Part shown: one piece after another, positions 8,301-17,900 of the stretch | Numbering within the stretch: position 1 is the first letter of the stretch | How the letters are laid out: every line of letters starts with the position of its first letter | Virus record (IMG/VR): IMGVR_UViG_3300010224_000007 | DNA from: a virus | Direction: 5' to 3' (one strand) | DNA: 64,000 nt | Position numbers and translations under genes: made by a program | Notes under the pieces: generated by a model | The model's input: the letters and a program-made list of their open reading frames with translations, nothing else | The model's database searches: none | What the model was told of the DNA's origin: nothing

Positions 8301-11103
8301 TGATAAGCAGTCCGTTACCGACAAGGGCGCGGCTGATCTCGCTTCGATCAATAGGAACCTTGGTAAAGCCAACGTCCTGACTTCGTCGTCGTATCTCGGC
8401 CTTGAGAACAAGGGTTTGGACATCGAGTCCCTGTTTACCAGTCGCAAGAATCATCTGCTTGGTGGCTCATTCAAGGGCACCCAGCAGGACCGTCTGACCG
8501 GCCTGAACGCCTACGCGCAGCAGCTTGATCGTGAGATCCAGGCACTGGATGCAGAGGCGAAGTCCTATGGGGCCGAAACCTACAGTCAGTTCTCGACCCT
8601 GATCAAGCCCAAGTTGTCGGCGTTGCTCAGCCAACTGCGTGACGCTACCGACAAGAACGCTGACAAATATTTCAAGACAGCCGAGGCCTCGCTGAAAACT
8701 GGCTCGCGCACCTCTGATTCCCAGATCCAGACCCTGGTGAAGAAAGCTGCTTCAGCCAACACGCAGCAGGAAGTCGAGCTGCTGGAAAAGAAGGCGATGG
8801 AACTCGCCGACAAGGATCGCAAGGAAATCCAGCTTTTCTACGATCAGCGCATCGCATTGGAGCGCGACCCAGAGAAGCTGGAGCAGCTCAAGAAGGATCG
8901 CGACGACGCGCTCACGCAGGCCAACGAGGCTGAGCAGCGTTTCATCGAAAGCTTCAATCAGCGTGCCAACGCCATCCGCGACGACTACCTCAAGGCTCTC
9001 AAGTCGAACGTCGACGACCAGATCTCGGCGCTGAACAGCAAGATCAAAGACAACATCGATACCCTGAAGAAGCTGAAGCCGGGTCCGGCCTTCGAAGCGC
9101 TGAAGGGCAAGATCAACGAGATGATCAACGAGCTGACCCGGCTCCAGAACGAGAGCAATGGCCTCAATCTGCAGATCAACGCCCCTGGCCTGAACACCCC
9201 GTACACTGCGGCCACCCCGGTCACTGGCACCCGTGCGCAGCGTGCGGCCCAGGTCTTGGCTCAGCTTTCGGCAATGGGATACAGCAAGGGTGGTGCAGCC
9301 GGCATCATCGGCAACCTGATCGGCGAGTCTGGTATTAACCCCAACAACCCAGGTGACTGGAACCCGACTCTCGGCGCGTTCACTTCGGACGGTATCGCCC
9401 AGTGGCATGGCCCCCGCAAGGATGCACTCTTCGCGTGGCTCCAGGCCAACGGCCTCGATAACAATCTGGAAAATCAGGTCAAGTATCTCGACCACGATCT
9501 GACCACTAACTTCCCCGATCTGGCTGCAAAGCTGAAGAGCGGGACCATGACCCCGGATGAGGCGGCGCGGGCATTCGCGAAGACGTTCGAGGTCTTCAAG
9601 GGCTCGAACGATCCGAACAACCCGAAGTACGCTGAGCGGGCCGGCTACGCGAACGGCGTTGCCAATCTCCCGGTCGCCGAGCAGCAGCAGAAGACCGCAG
9701 AAATTTCGTCCACGCTCAACCAGACCTCGGTCGACGCAATCGAGAAGCAGGCCAGCGATCTCGCCAACACCGTGGTGAAATCCACGACGCAGCAGATCGA
9801 GACCCTGGTCACCCAGGCGAAGATCTCGCAGAACCCAGAAGCTGTGCAGGGTCTGATCAAGTCTGTCGACGATCAGTACACCAAGATCATCGAGACCCGT
9901 AAGAAGGAATTCGACACCGAGAACGCCCAGGGCCTGATGGACGACTACACCGCAACGGTGAAGAAGCGGGAAGAGATGCTTGACGGCATCCGGAGCGATC
10001 AGAACCAGAAGATCGCCCAGCTGATGGACACCTACTGGAAAGCTGTCGAGGACAAGACTGAGAAGCCGATTAAGGATGCCCAGCTCGCGCTCGACACCGC
10101 CCAGAAGCCTGAGAACGCTGGCAAGTACACGTCCGACGATATCGCCAAGCTTCAGGGCAACGTCAACATGGCCCAGCAAAAGGCCCAGGCGGAGCAGCTC
10201 GCTTATGCCAACCAGATGCTGCTCCGCACGCAGACCGAGCTGACCTCAGCCACGCAGGCGTATGGTGCGACGTCCGAGCAGGCTCGCTTCTGGACCGAAC
10301 AAGAGGCGACTGCCAAGCAGAAGGTCGTCGAGCTGACGAACCAGAAGAATATCGCGGACGCCAACACGGCGAAGCAGGCACCATCGGTTAGCCAGGCCAT
10401 CCAGAGTGCCAACGCGCAGTGGGCGATCCAGGCCGGCCTGATGCAGCGCACGCAGTCCGGCGCGTTGCAGATGGTCCCGCTCGCCCAGCAGGTTGGCAAC
10501 ACCTGGGGTCAGGTGTTGACCGGCATGGCCGACAATCTGTCGACCCTGTTCACCAATCTGGCAAGCGGCACCATGTCGGCCAAGGATGCGATGAAGCAGT
10601 TCGCTCTCAGCACCATCCAGATGTTCATCCAGATGATCTCGAAGGCTTTGGCTTACCAGCTCATCATGAGCACGATTGGCAAGGTCAGCTCCGGTGGCAG
10701 CTTCCTGGCCGGCATCTTCGGTGTTCCGGGACAGGCCCTGGGCGGCGGTGTCAAGGGTGCAGCGACCGGCGAACTGGTCCACGGTTCTGTCGGTACGCGA
10801 GACTCTGTCCTCCGAAAGGTGCAGCCCGGTGAATTCATTTTGCGCCGGTCGGCCGTCAAGCAGATCGGTCGGGACAATCTCGACACTATGAACAATCTTG
10901 GCAATCGCCGGCTCTCCAAGGGCAAGCGTGTCGACGAGATGATGGCTGATCAGCAGGGTGGCGTCGTCAACGTCTGGATCGTCTCGCCGGATGAAAAGCC
11001 AACCATGGGTCCGAACGACGTCGTCGCCGTCATCAGCGACAACATCCAGCGCAAGGGTGCGATCAAGACCTTGATCAAGTCCGTCCAGATGGGCGCGATC
11101 TAG
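5377..11103 (+). CDS. Tape measure protein (1908 aa) with embedded phage-tail lysozyme-like domain
   Basis: TP901-type core (LATASGSDL, LNESKLS, YAGNTAA, NAGVKSGSTLGTGVR) and long helical sequence; GIIGNLIGESG...GIAQW...Q motif at about 9232-9672. Confidence 0.92.
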   Translation: MANDTEVDIGLELDISQALEDIKTLQNEVKGVLANLQLSKSVIQQRITDQTRDLNNLLGTMKKGSDEYLAVLRRIEGVKDRVIASSSKGDTDRRLDEAAMQRLAAEQFTKTSKALEDKLTDQAVRTFSLALRNSAAAVDARLKNEIRKIQTMIQQNDADYQNILGNKNAFNTQRMFQIYGNPELLAARTNLNHFADQKTIRDGQDIDLQHARLNQEELRNIQLKSRFLDEEGITIEQQLREQAEIRRRYRAENFIDPFEKKAQDARLKAAKEAAEAADAEYNAARAKLNSYNKQRTIDRSQNIDRYGNPNAPTPDRDPFQTTFDRLNSNGGTDIAAVQARLMANYAVINALFSTLREGATFIVEFDKELHQIQAIAGATTAELGKFRDIIIDIADSPQPFSALELAQASTTLAQAGLSIKEVGESLKAVDLLATASGSDLAQSVDVITSALSIWNLRTDQTVEIANTMTAALNESKLSIDRIALALQYAGNTAAETGISYKELLAVVGTLSNAGVKSGSTLGTGVRQLIIDLTTPTKKLQEALKSVGLTEEDIDIKSKGLVGVLRTLHNAGFDTSKAFESLEVRAASAFAALDRNLDSISAMQTGFTNTNAAVEANAAQMESLANKWGRFTSTAGTSAYTAFSPALDVLKDIVDMATAVLSTLGQFPALLKIIGTGFAAISTSIAFNLAISNIVGMVKAVWNLVTATRAAEEAQIAFNLATMRNPYVAAATVILTLVTAVWAFHSSTSAAADAVEALKTKIHDLDAEIGTTQQTITSLSEVQEQLIAQKEQLDQDPILRKAKIAEIIDQFKELGREIDSSTSSVDKLSAAIERMSKVQRQTLVNQLELQKSLQESANREAERSLNATLGDKSVISKFSAAGLPLESKPGANPADLLIDAYKRVLPDTFDNLPAMLLNKTPLQGLEKNKGDLAALGTAINNAKKVLETSTNIDERGKAQQLVDTMTILADRLKEVIDKQSVTDKGAADLASINRNLGKANVLTSSSYLGLENKGLDIESLFTSRKNHLLGGSFKGTQQDRLTGLNAYAQQLDREIQALDAEAKSYGAETYSQFSTLIKPKLSALLSQLRDATDKNADKYFKTAEASLKTGSRTSDSQIQTLVKKAASANTQQEVELLEKKAMELADKDRKEIQLFYDQRIALERDPEKLEQLKKDRDDALTQANEAEQRFIESFNQRANAIRDDYLKALKSNVDDQISALNSKIKDNIDTLKKLKPGPAFEALKGKINEMINELTRLQNESNGLNLQINAPGLNTPYTAATPVTGTRAQRAAQVLAQLSAMGYSKGGAAGIIGNLIGESGINPNNPGDWNPTLGAFTSDGIAQWHGPRKDALFAWLQANGLDNNLENQVKYLDHDLTTNFPDLAAKLKSGTMTPDEAARAFAKTFEVFKGSNDPNNPKYAERAGYANGVANLPVAEQQQKTAEISSTLNQTSVDAIEKQASDLANTVVKSTTQQIETLVTQAKISQNPEAVQGLIKSVDDQYTKIIETRKKEFDTENAQGLMDDYTATVKKREEMLDGIRSDQNQKIAQLMDTYWKAVEDKTEKPIKDAQLALDTAQKPENAGKYTSDDIAKLQGNVNMAQQKAQAEQLAYANQMLLRTQTELTSATQAYGATSEQARFWTEQEATAKQKVVELTNQKNIADANTAKQAPSVSQAIQSANAQWAIQAGLMQRTQSGALQMVPLAQQVGNTWGQVLTGMADNLSTLFTNLASGTMSAKDAMKQFALSTIQMFIQMISKALAYQLIMSTIGKVSSGGSFLAGIFGVPGQALGGGVKGAATGELVHGSVGTRDSVLRKVQPGEFILRRSAVKQIGRDNLDTMNNLGNRRLSKGKRVDEMMADQQGGVVNVWIVSPDEKPTMGPNDVVAVISDNIQRKGAIKTLIKSVQMGAI

Positions 11104-11546
11104 TTGGTTTGGCCTTGCTGCTCCAGGAGTTTTTTCATCTCCTGGAGCTGAGCGATGTATTGATTGTTAAACTGTCTCTGAAGGGGTTGGAGAGCCTTCC
11201 GAAGCTTAGTTGCGCTATCGAGATCGACAGGTGGTGTTGAAGGAAGCATCACATAGATCTCTGGGTAAAGCACTTTAATCTCAGAATAGAACTTGTTGGA
11301 TTCCTCTCTCAGAGCCAGGAACAATTCAGCTGATTTCCAATGATTATCTGGATTCTCGACATCGAGCGCCATGTTTTCAATCTTCATCGCCTCAAGCTCA
11401 AGATCCACCAGCGCAGATTTGACTGTCTCCAGGCGGCTTGTGCTCTGCTGCAGATCCATCAAACGGTTGTTGTCCATGGAAAACGCCGGCCCGACCAGAA
11501 GACCAGCAACCACGATTGATATGACGAGCGAGGGCATTTTACTCAT
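11100..11546 (-). CDS. Exported protein with signal peptide (moron-like, 148 aa)
   Basis: GGAG RBS; MSKMPSLVISIVVAGLLVGPAFS signal peptide; opposite strand inside the tail operon; looks more AT-rich than its neighbours. Confidence 0.65.
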   Translation of the reverse strand: MSKMPSLVISIVVAGLLVGPAFSMDNNRLMDLQQSTSRLETVKSALVDLELEAMKIENMALDVENPDNHWKSAELFLALREESNKFYSEIKVLYPEIYVMLPSTPPVDLDSATKLRKALQPLQRQFNNQYIAQLQEMKKLLEQQGQTN

Positions 11547-11661
11547 TGTAGATCTCCAGTTCCTACAGACCTCTTTACTATTTGCTTGACCACTTGACAA
11601 GCATTTGTACGGTAGCCACTAACCCTTGATCACTATCAGTGATCACCCCATATAACTGTCA

Positions 11662-12042
11662 ATGGATACATTCGATTTTCCGTACCACACTCTCCGAGTA
11701 GAATATCCGGACTCTTCGGCGAAAATGGCTTATGGCAGGGGCTATCAATTCGCCTCAAAGCCGAAAGGACCGGACCAAGTAACCTACGTCCTGAAGTTCA
11801 AGACTATGGTGTTCTGGCAGAAAGCGGACGGAACATACAACCTGACGAAACAGCCGCAGCTCAACATGGCGCTGCTCGAACAGTTCTATCAGGACAAACG
11901 TCTTTTCACCAAGTTCAACTATCCACACCCGGCACTCGGAAACATCGTCGTCCGCTTTGCGGAGCCGTTGAAGTACGACATCGCGGAGGCCGGCCTCGGC
12001 ACCGTCGAGCCCTTTGAAATCAAGCTGCTTAGCCAACCATGA
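11662..12042 (+). CDS. Distal tail protein (lambda gpM-like)
   Basis: First tail-tip gene after the tape measure; YGRGYQF...F..HPALG..VVRF pattern. Confidence 0.65.
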   Translation: MDTFDFPYHTLRVEYPDSSAKMAYGRGYQFASKPKGPDQVTYVLKFKTMVFWQKADGTYNLTKQPQLNMALLEQFYQDKRLFTKFNYPHPALGNIVVRFAEPLKYDIAEAGLGTVEPFEIKLLSQP

Positions 12043-12527
12043 CAGACGCTCCTGGCTCCCACCTAGCACAAGCTCAAGAACTGACTGCGGACGCGCTGGT
12101 GGACCTCTACGAAATCTCGCTCAAGCACAACAACGTCGTCTATCGGTTCAAGGACCAGAACGAAGTCACTTGGCAGGGCAACACTTATGAGTCCATGGCG
12201 TGCCGGCTGACCGGCGACCAGCGGTCCTCTGACGAAGAGGAGAGTCGACCGACGCTTCAGGTCATGAACCCGTTCGGCGTGTTCAACAACGCGGTCATTA
12301 CCGGCAAGATCGACCAAGCGGTCGTGACGCGATACCGTGTGCGCTACTATGATCTCGTCAATAACAACAATATCAAAGAGAAGCGCATGTGGTATATCGG
12401 CCGCGTCAAGGAGTTGATCTCCGACCAAGCCGTGACCTTCGAGCTGCGCAACATGACAGATGGGCCGAACTTTCAGGTGCCCGCCCGCCAGTACATCCCA
12501 CCCGATTTCCCAACGGTGTCCCTGTGA
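12039..12527 (+). CDS. Minor tail protein L-like
   Basis: LVDLYEISL, WQGNTYESM, RPTLQVMN, VTFEL, VPARQ motifs typical of gpL N-terminal region. Confidence 0.75.
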   Translation: MTDAPGSHLAQAQELTADALVDLYEISLKHNNVVYRFKDQNEVTWQGNTYESMACRLTGDQRSSDEEESRPTLQVMNPFGVFNNAVITGKIDQAVVTRYRVRYYDLVNNNNIKEKRMWYIGRVKELISDQAVTFELRNMTDGPNFQVPARQYIPPDFPTVSL

Positions 12528-13021
12528 TCCAGTACGAGCATCTTCTCGGCCAGAATTTTGTCCAGGGCAAGTCTGACTGCTATAGCATCGTGCGCGATTT
12601 CTACCGCGACAACTATGGCATCGTTCTCCCGAACTACGCTCGCCCAACTGACTGGTGGAACAGCGGCAATTTCAACATGTACATGGATCGGTTCCGCAAG
12701 AACAACTTCTTTGTACTGGACTGTCATCCCGCCGAGTATCAGGTGGGTGACGTCTTCCTCATGTCGATCATGTCTAACGCCGTGAACCACGCCGGTGTCC
12801 TGGTTGACAAAGGGAAAATGCTTCACCATCTAGTGAATCAAATCTCCACAGTCACGCCCTACAAAGGACTTTGGCGCAACAACACTATGGCTGTTGTTCG
12901 GCACCGAGACGTGAAGGCTGTGGCCCACCAGACCGAGGTCAGTATCCTCGATTTTGTTCCACCGAATGTGCGCCGGAAAATTGATGAGCATCTCCGACAG
13001 ACTCAAGCAAGCCCTTCTTGA
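12524..13021 (+). CDS. NlpC/P60 tail-tip protein
   Basis: GTGA overlap start; GKSDCYSIVRDFY catalytic Cys motif, NHAGV, MLHH. Confidence 0.85.
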   Translation: MIQYEHLLGQNFVQGKSDCYSIVRDFYRDNYGIVLPNYARPTDWWNSGNFNMYMDRFRKNNFFVLDCHPAEYQVGDVFLMSIMSNAVNHAGVLVDKGKMLHHLVNQISTVTPYKGLWRNNTMAVVRHRDVKAVAHQTEVSILDFVPPNVRRKIDEHLRQTQASPS

Positions 13022-13316
13022 CCACTACGCCGGCTCGGTCGAGCGGGTAGGTTTCATTCTTCCCGATGACGTGCTGATCGAGGTCCAGAACACGAGCGAC
13101 GAGCCGGAAAAGAGCTTTGACGTGAGCGGCGACGATATCGTGCGGTTTGCTGACATCTCAGTCGCTACTTGGCACACCCATCCGGTCACTAGCTCGAACC
13201 TCAGCGTCGGCGACTATGAGACATTCCTGCTGTGGCCAAAGCACCGGCATTTCATCGTCGGCATGGACGGCATCACCGAATATTACGTTGAAGATGGGGA
13301 AATCTTGATTGCGTAG
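12984..13316 (+). CDS. JAB/Mov34 metalloprotease-domain tail-tip protein
   Basis: ERVGFI...WHTHP...SNLSVGD = E...HxH...S..D JAB motif. Confidence 0.85.
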   Translation: MSISDRLKQALLDHYAGSVERVGFILPDDVLIEVQNTSDEPEKSFDVSGDDIVRFADISVATWHTHPVTSSNLSVGDYETFLLWPKHRHFIVGMDGITEYYVEDGEILIA

Positions 13317-13878
13317 ACAGATCGTCCTCCACGGCCACCTTGGATCATTTTCCGATGAACCAGTCGTGGTCGAGGGCGATACCGTTGCCAAGATCCTCGA
13401 ACTCGTAAGCCGCCAGCATCCAGCCTTCACCCCCGACCCGATTAAGGGCCACACCCGCGTGAAGGTCGTTGGTTTCGAGACCAAGGATAGCCTCTATCAA
13501 GAACTCGGTGACCTTGAAGTCATTCACATTGTTCCGCAGCTCAATGGTGGCAAGAGCGGCGGCTTTCTTCAGATCCTCTTGGGAGTAGCTCTGGTCGCCG
13601 TTGGCTTTTTTGCTTTCGGGGCGACGACCTGGATTGGCTCCATGATGATGAAGGTCGGCGCTATCGCCGCCCTTGGCGGCATTGCCGGCCTCCTAGCACC
13701 CACTCCCGAGACCGACAGCCAGCAGTCAAAGCAAAGTGGTTATCTCGGCGCACCTCGCAACACCACCCAGATCGGGACGCGAATTCCAATTTTATACGGC
13801 GAGTTCAAGGTTTACGGCCACATCCTCGCCTACGACATCAACGCGCTCGAATACAACGTCAAGGACGATGACGACTAA
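13309..13878 (+). CDS. Tail assembly protein I (ubiquitin-like plus hydrophobic segment)
   Basis: IHIVPQLNGGKSGG followed by a hydrophobic stretch; GTRIPILYGE motif. Confidence 0.85.
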   Translation: MRRQIVLHGHLGSFSDEPVVVEGDTVAKILELVSRQHPAFTPDPIKGHTRVKVVGFETKDSLYQELGDLEVIHIVPQLNGGKSGGFLQILLGVALVAVGFFAFGATTWIGSMMMKVGAIAALGGIAGLLAPTPETDSQQSKQSGYLGAPRNTTQIGTRIPILYGEFKVYGHILAYDINALEYNVKDDDD

Positions 13879-14909
13879 TGAAACACGATCAGGAACTGCT
13901 TCGCGCAGCAATCGACAAGGCTGGCGGCTTCCGCCCAGCGGCCCGCCTCCTACGCGAGCAGGGTATTGACGTATCCGAGCGCAGCCTGCGCCGGTACTTT
14001 GGCAAGCAGCCAGATTTCGAAGTTGACATGGAATTTGAGCCGAAGATCGATGTCGAGGAACTGATTGAGCGTCGTATTCGCCAGTTCGCAAAGAAGAAAG
14101 AAAACTACGATCGCGAGAAGCTGATCCCGATCCGTGTAAACATGGATGGTCCGATCGGCCTCGCATTTGTCGGCGACATGCATCTGGACGACGACGGCAC
14201 CGATCTCGCCGAAGTCCTGGAGCACGTTTCGCTTCTGGACGGTAGTGTCGAGGGTCTGTTCGCGGGCAACCTCGGTGATGCTTTCAACAACTGGTCTGGC
14301 CGCTTGGCTCGCCTCTATGCAGAACAGAGCACCAGCGCTGCCGAGTCTCTGGCCCTGATTGAGAACATTCTCACCCGCGTCAACTGGCTCTACTATCACG
14401 ATGGCAACCACGATCTGTGGGGGCAGGGCGGTGATCTCCTGCGCCTGATCCTGCAGAACAGCGCGGCAGTTCACAAGTCCAACAAGATCCGCCTAGCGCT
14501 GAGGCTCCCGAATGGACGCAACGTCAAAATCTATTCCGTGCACGGTTTTGCTGGCAAAAGCATGTGGTCTGAGGTTTACGGTGCTGCGAAGAAAGCTCAA
14601 CTCGACGGTGAACATCACGACATCTATGTCGGAGGTCACATTCACACTTCCGGATATACCCACGGAATGCGCCCTTCGTCGGAGCGTATGTGGCATGCCC
14701 TCCAGGTGGCTTCATACAAGAAGATCGACAGGTACGCCGAGGAACTTAACCTCGATTCGAAAGACCTCTATAACTGCCCCGTCGCGCTGATCGATCCTTA
14801 TGCCGACAAAGAGGTCAACTTCATTCGCTTTGAATTTGATCCGAACGAGGCGGCTGAACGGCTCGCCTGGATGCGCGAAAGGTGGGCGTCTGGAAAGTCT
14901 TCCAGCTAA
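13878..14909 (+). CDS. Calcineurin-like metallophosphoesterase with N-terminal HTH-like region
   Basis: GDMHLD, GNLGD, DGNHD, VHG, GHIH metal-binding motifs. Confidence 0.85.
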   Translation: MKHDQELLRAAIDKAGGFRPAARLLREQGIDVSERSLRRYFGKQPDFEVDMEFEPKIDVEELIERRIRQFAKKKENYDREKLIPIRVNMDGPIGLAFVGDMHLDDDGTDLAEVLEHVSLLDGSVEGLFAGNLGDAFNNWSGRLARLYAEQSTSAAESLALIENILTRVNWLYYHDGNHDLWGQGGDLLRLILQNSAAVHKSNKIRLALRLPNGRNVKIYSVHGFAGKSMWSEVYGAAKKAQLDGEHHDIYVGGHIHTSGYTHGMRPSSERMWHALQVASYKKIDRYAEELNLDSKDLYNCPVALIDPYADKEVNFIRFEFDPNEAAERLAWMRERWASGKSSS

Positions 14910-14948
14910 ACACTATATGCTCTCAATCATTAAGGACTATCCTCTGGA

Positions 14949-17900
14949 ATGACCATTCATCCGTTTAGGGGAGCCGGTTTTGGCGGCTCCTCTAGCCCGC
15001 ATTCACAAGAAGACAACATGTTCTCGACCGATGTGGTCGAAGTCCTACTTGGGATCAGTGAGGGGCCGATCAAAGGCCTGAAGGATGGAGCGAAGTCGTT
15101 CTATGCTGGTGATACACCACTCCGCGCCGAGACTGGTGAAAACAATATCGGTCTCTATGATCTGACCCATCTCCGTGGATCAGTCACGGGAGAGCCAATC
15201 GTCTCCAAGCTTGGTGGTTTCGGCAGCAGCACAACGGTTAACGCGCCCGAGCTGGCTCCATTGGTGCCAGTCGTGCGCCAGGGTTCCTACACCAAGATCG
15301 ACTATCTAGATCTCCGAATCGTCATCAATCGTTTGGGCAAGGAAACTGATAAGGGCTCTTACGAGGGCACCGGTCAGGTCAAGCTCGAATATCGCAAGAT
15401 CGGCGCTGCGGACTGGAAGCCTGTACGCAACCTCGCACACAAGCCCGAGGATGAAGACCAGGACGATGGTGCCAACAAGGAACGCCATCAGCAGGTCAGC
15501 AAGAAACCAAAGTCTAGCCCATCACCAGACGATAGGGTGACGTACTGGCAGTCCGGCACGCCGCCAACCACGGTCGAGGATGCAATCTGGTTTGATAGCG
15601 ACAATGGCAACAAACCGATGAAAATTTCAGAAGGCTCCTGGGTAGCGTACCCAGGAGCCTCTTCATCTGGTGGGGTCTGGACCTGGACGGCGAAGAGCAC
15701 CTGGGGCAACGACAACACCTATAAAGCCTATGCCCAAGCGAAGAAGCCGAAGAATGCCAAGCAAGGTGACTATTGGCTGCGGCCACCGGATGACCCGGAT
15801 GATGAGGACGACGGCTCGATCCACGAGCCGATCGGCATTTGCTTTATGTTCAACGGAAACTCCTGGAACATCGCGGCCGGCTCCCTGGAGCCGGGTGGTT
15901 TCGGGACAGGAGGTGAAACGACCGTTCTCGATGACGGCGTGATCCAGTTCGAAGGCCGCATCTCCAGCCCCGAGGTCAAGGAATTCCGCATCCCGGTCGA
16001 CAACTATGACGGCCTGTATGAGATGCGCGTCACCCGCATGACTGAAGCGGATGATTCCGAACACTTCTTCAGCGTCACCTGGGAGAGCTTTCAGGAGGTC
16101 ACCGCCAAGACATGGCAGTTTGAAGCGCTCGCCACCACCCAGCTGGTCGTTGGAGCGTCGGACCAGTTCTCCTCGATCCCCGACTTCTACGGCATCTACC
16201 AGGGTCGCATCGTCAAGGTGCCGTCGAATTACGATCCGGTATCCCGCACATATGGTGAGGGCATCTGGGATGGCACCTGGAAGAACGCCTACACAGACAA
16301 CCCTGCTTATATAGGCAAGGATCTCGTCGACAACGACCGTTATGGCATCAATGCCTACTACCCACTTACAATTCGGGACATGGACGTCTACGCGGCCGGC
16401 CAGTGGTGCGACAATGTCACAGCCGATGGCTCGCCCCGTTTTACGTTCAATGGTCTTATCTCGGACCCACGCGGTGGCCGCGAAACGGTCAACTACGTCT
16501 TCGGCCTGTTCGGCGGCCGGTTCTTCGACGACGGCAACGGCTTCGGCGTCATCAAGCTGGACGATGATTCTGCAGCCACGATGCTCTTCACGCCGGAGAA
16601 TGTCGAGGATGGCGTCTTCGTCTACAGCTTCACAGACGTCAATTCGCGTGCCAATGACTACACGGTCACGTTCACAAACCCAGACCTGAACTGGGAAACC
16701 GACCGTCGTCGTGTTTACGACCAGGACCACATCGACCAGTACGGTCGCATTCCGGCGAACTTCGAAGCGATCGGGTGCACGAGCGAAGCTGAAGCTGTCC
16801 GTCGCGCAAAGTACAAGCTGATCACCTCGACCACCGAGGTTATGACCGTCAGTTTCAAGACGAACCGTATGGGCCTCTATGCTGAGCCCTACCAGATCAT
16901 CCTGATTGCCGACGAAGACATCCAGGCGGGCCTCAGCGGTCGTATCCTCGATCTACCGACGCGAGATCACATCGTCCTGCGCGATGCCATCTACCTGGAG
17001 CCAGGTTTCAACTACACAGTCGCCGTTCAGCATGTGAACGACATTGGCCAGTACGCCATGGTCAAGGTCGACATTCAGAATAACCTGAGCGGCTCGGTCA
17101 TGGAACTGCCTCTCCAGTCGAACCTTCCCGATGATTTGCCAGACTATGCGGTGTTCTCGATCGAGCGCCGGGACGGCACCGCCGCGCCAAAGGCATTCCG
17201 CATCATCTCGATCGGTGAGTCCGAGGGTGATCCAGACAAGGTCGAAATCCAGGCGATCGAAGTCAACCGCAACAAGTGGCTATATGTGGATGGTTATCTG
17301 CACAGCCCAGCCGCCGTAGATAAGGTCAACCTGGGCCTTCGCGCTCTGCCGAAGCCAGTCGAGAAGCTACACTGCAAGGCAGAAGCACGAAAGCATGGCC
17401 GTGGTTGGCTCTACGAAGTCGTGCTCGACTGGACCCGGTCACCGAGCAAGAAGGTCGTCAAGTATCACATCTATGCGTCAAGTAACGATGGTCCGATGGT
17501 TCGCATCGGTGAAACCAAGGCTCGCCGTTTCGAGCTGCACAACGTGCGCCAAGGTGACTACCTGTTCGCCGTCACGGCGGTTGGCGTCGACACGATGGAG
17601 AGCGAGCCTCACTATATCGAGCATCGGCTAACCGGCGACTTTACCGAATTTGATGAGATCGAGAACCTTCGCCTGATCGACAACATTGGCGGAGAAAATC
17701 AGTTTCAGGACCGCAGCCCTGTCATCGGCTGGGACGACCTCTTGTCGCCACGCCACGACAAGTATGTCGTCAAAATTCTGGATAATGATACCGGCGAGGT
17801 TCTCCGCACTGAACGCATCGAGCCGCACAAGTACCGCTATCATTTTGATGACAACAAGACGGACCATGGTGGTACACCGGCACGTCACATCAAATTCAGC

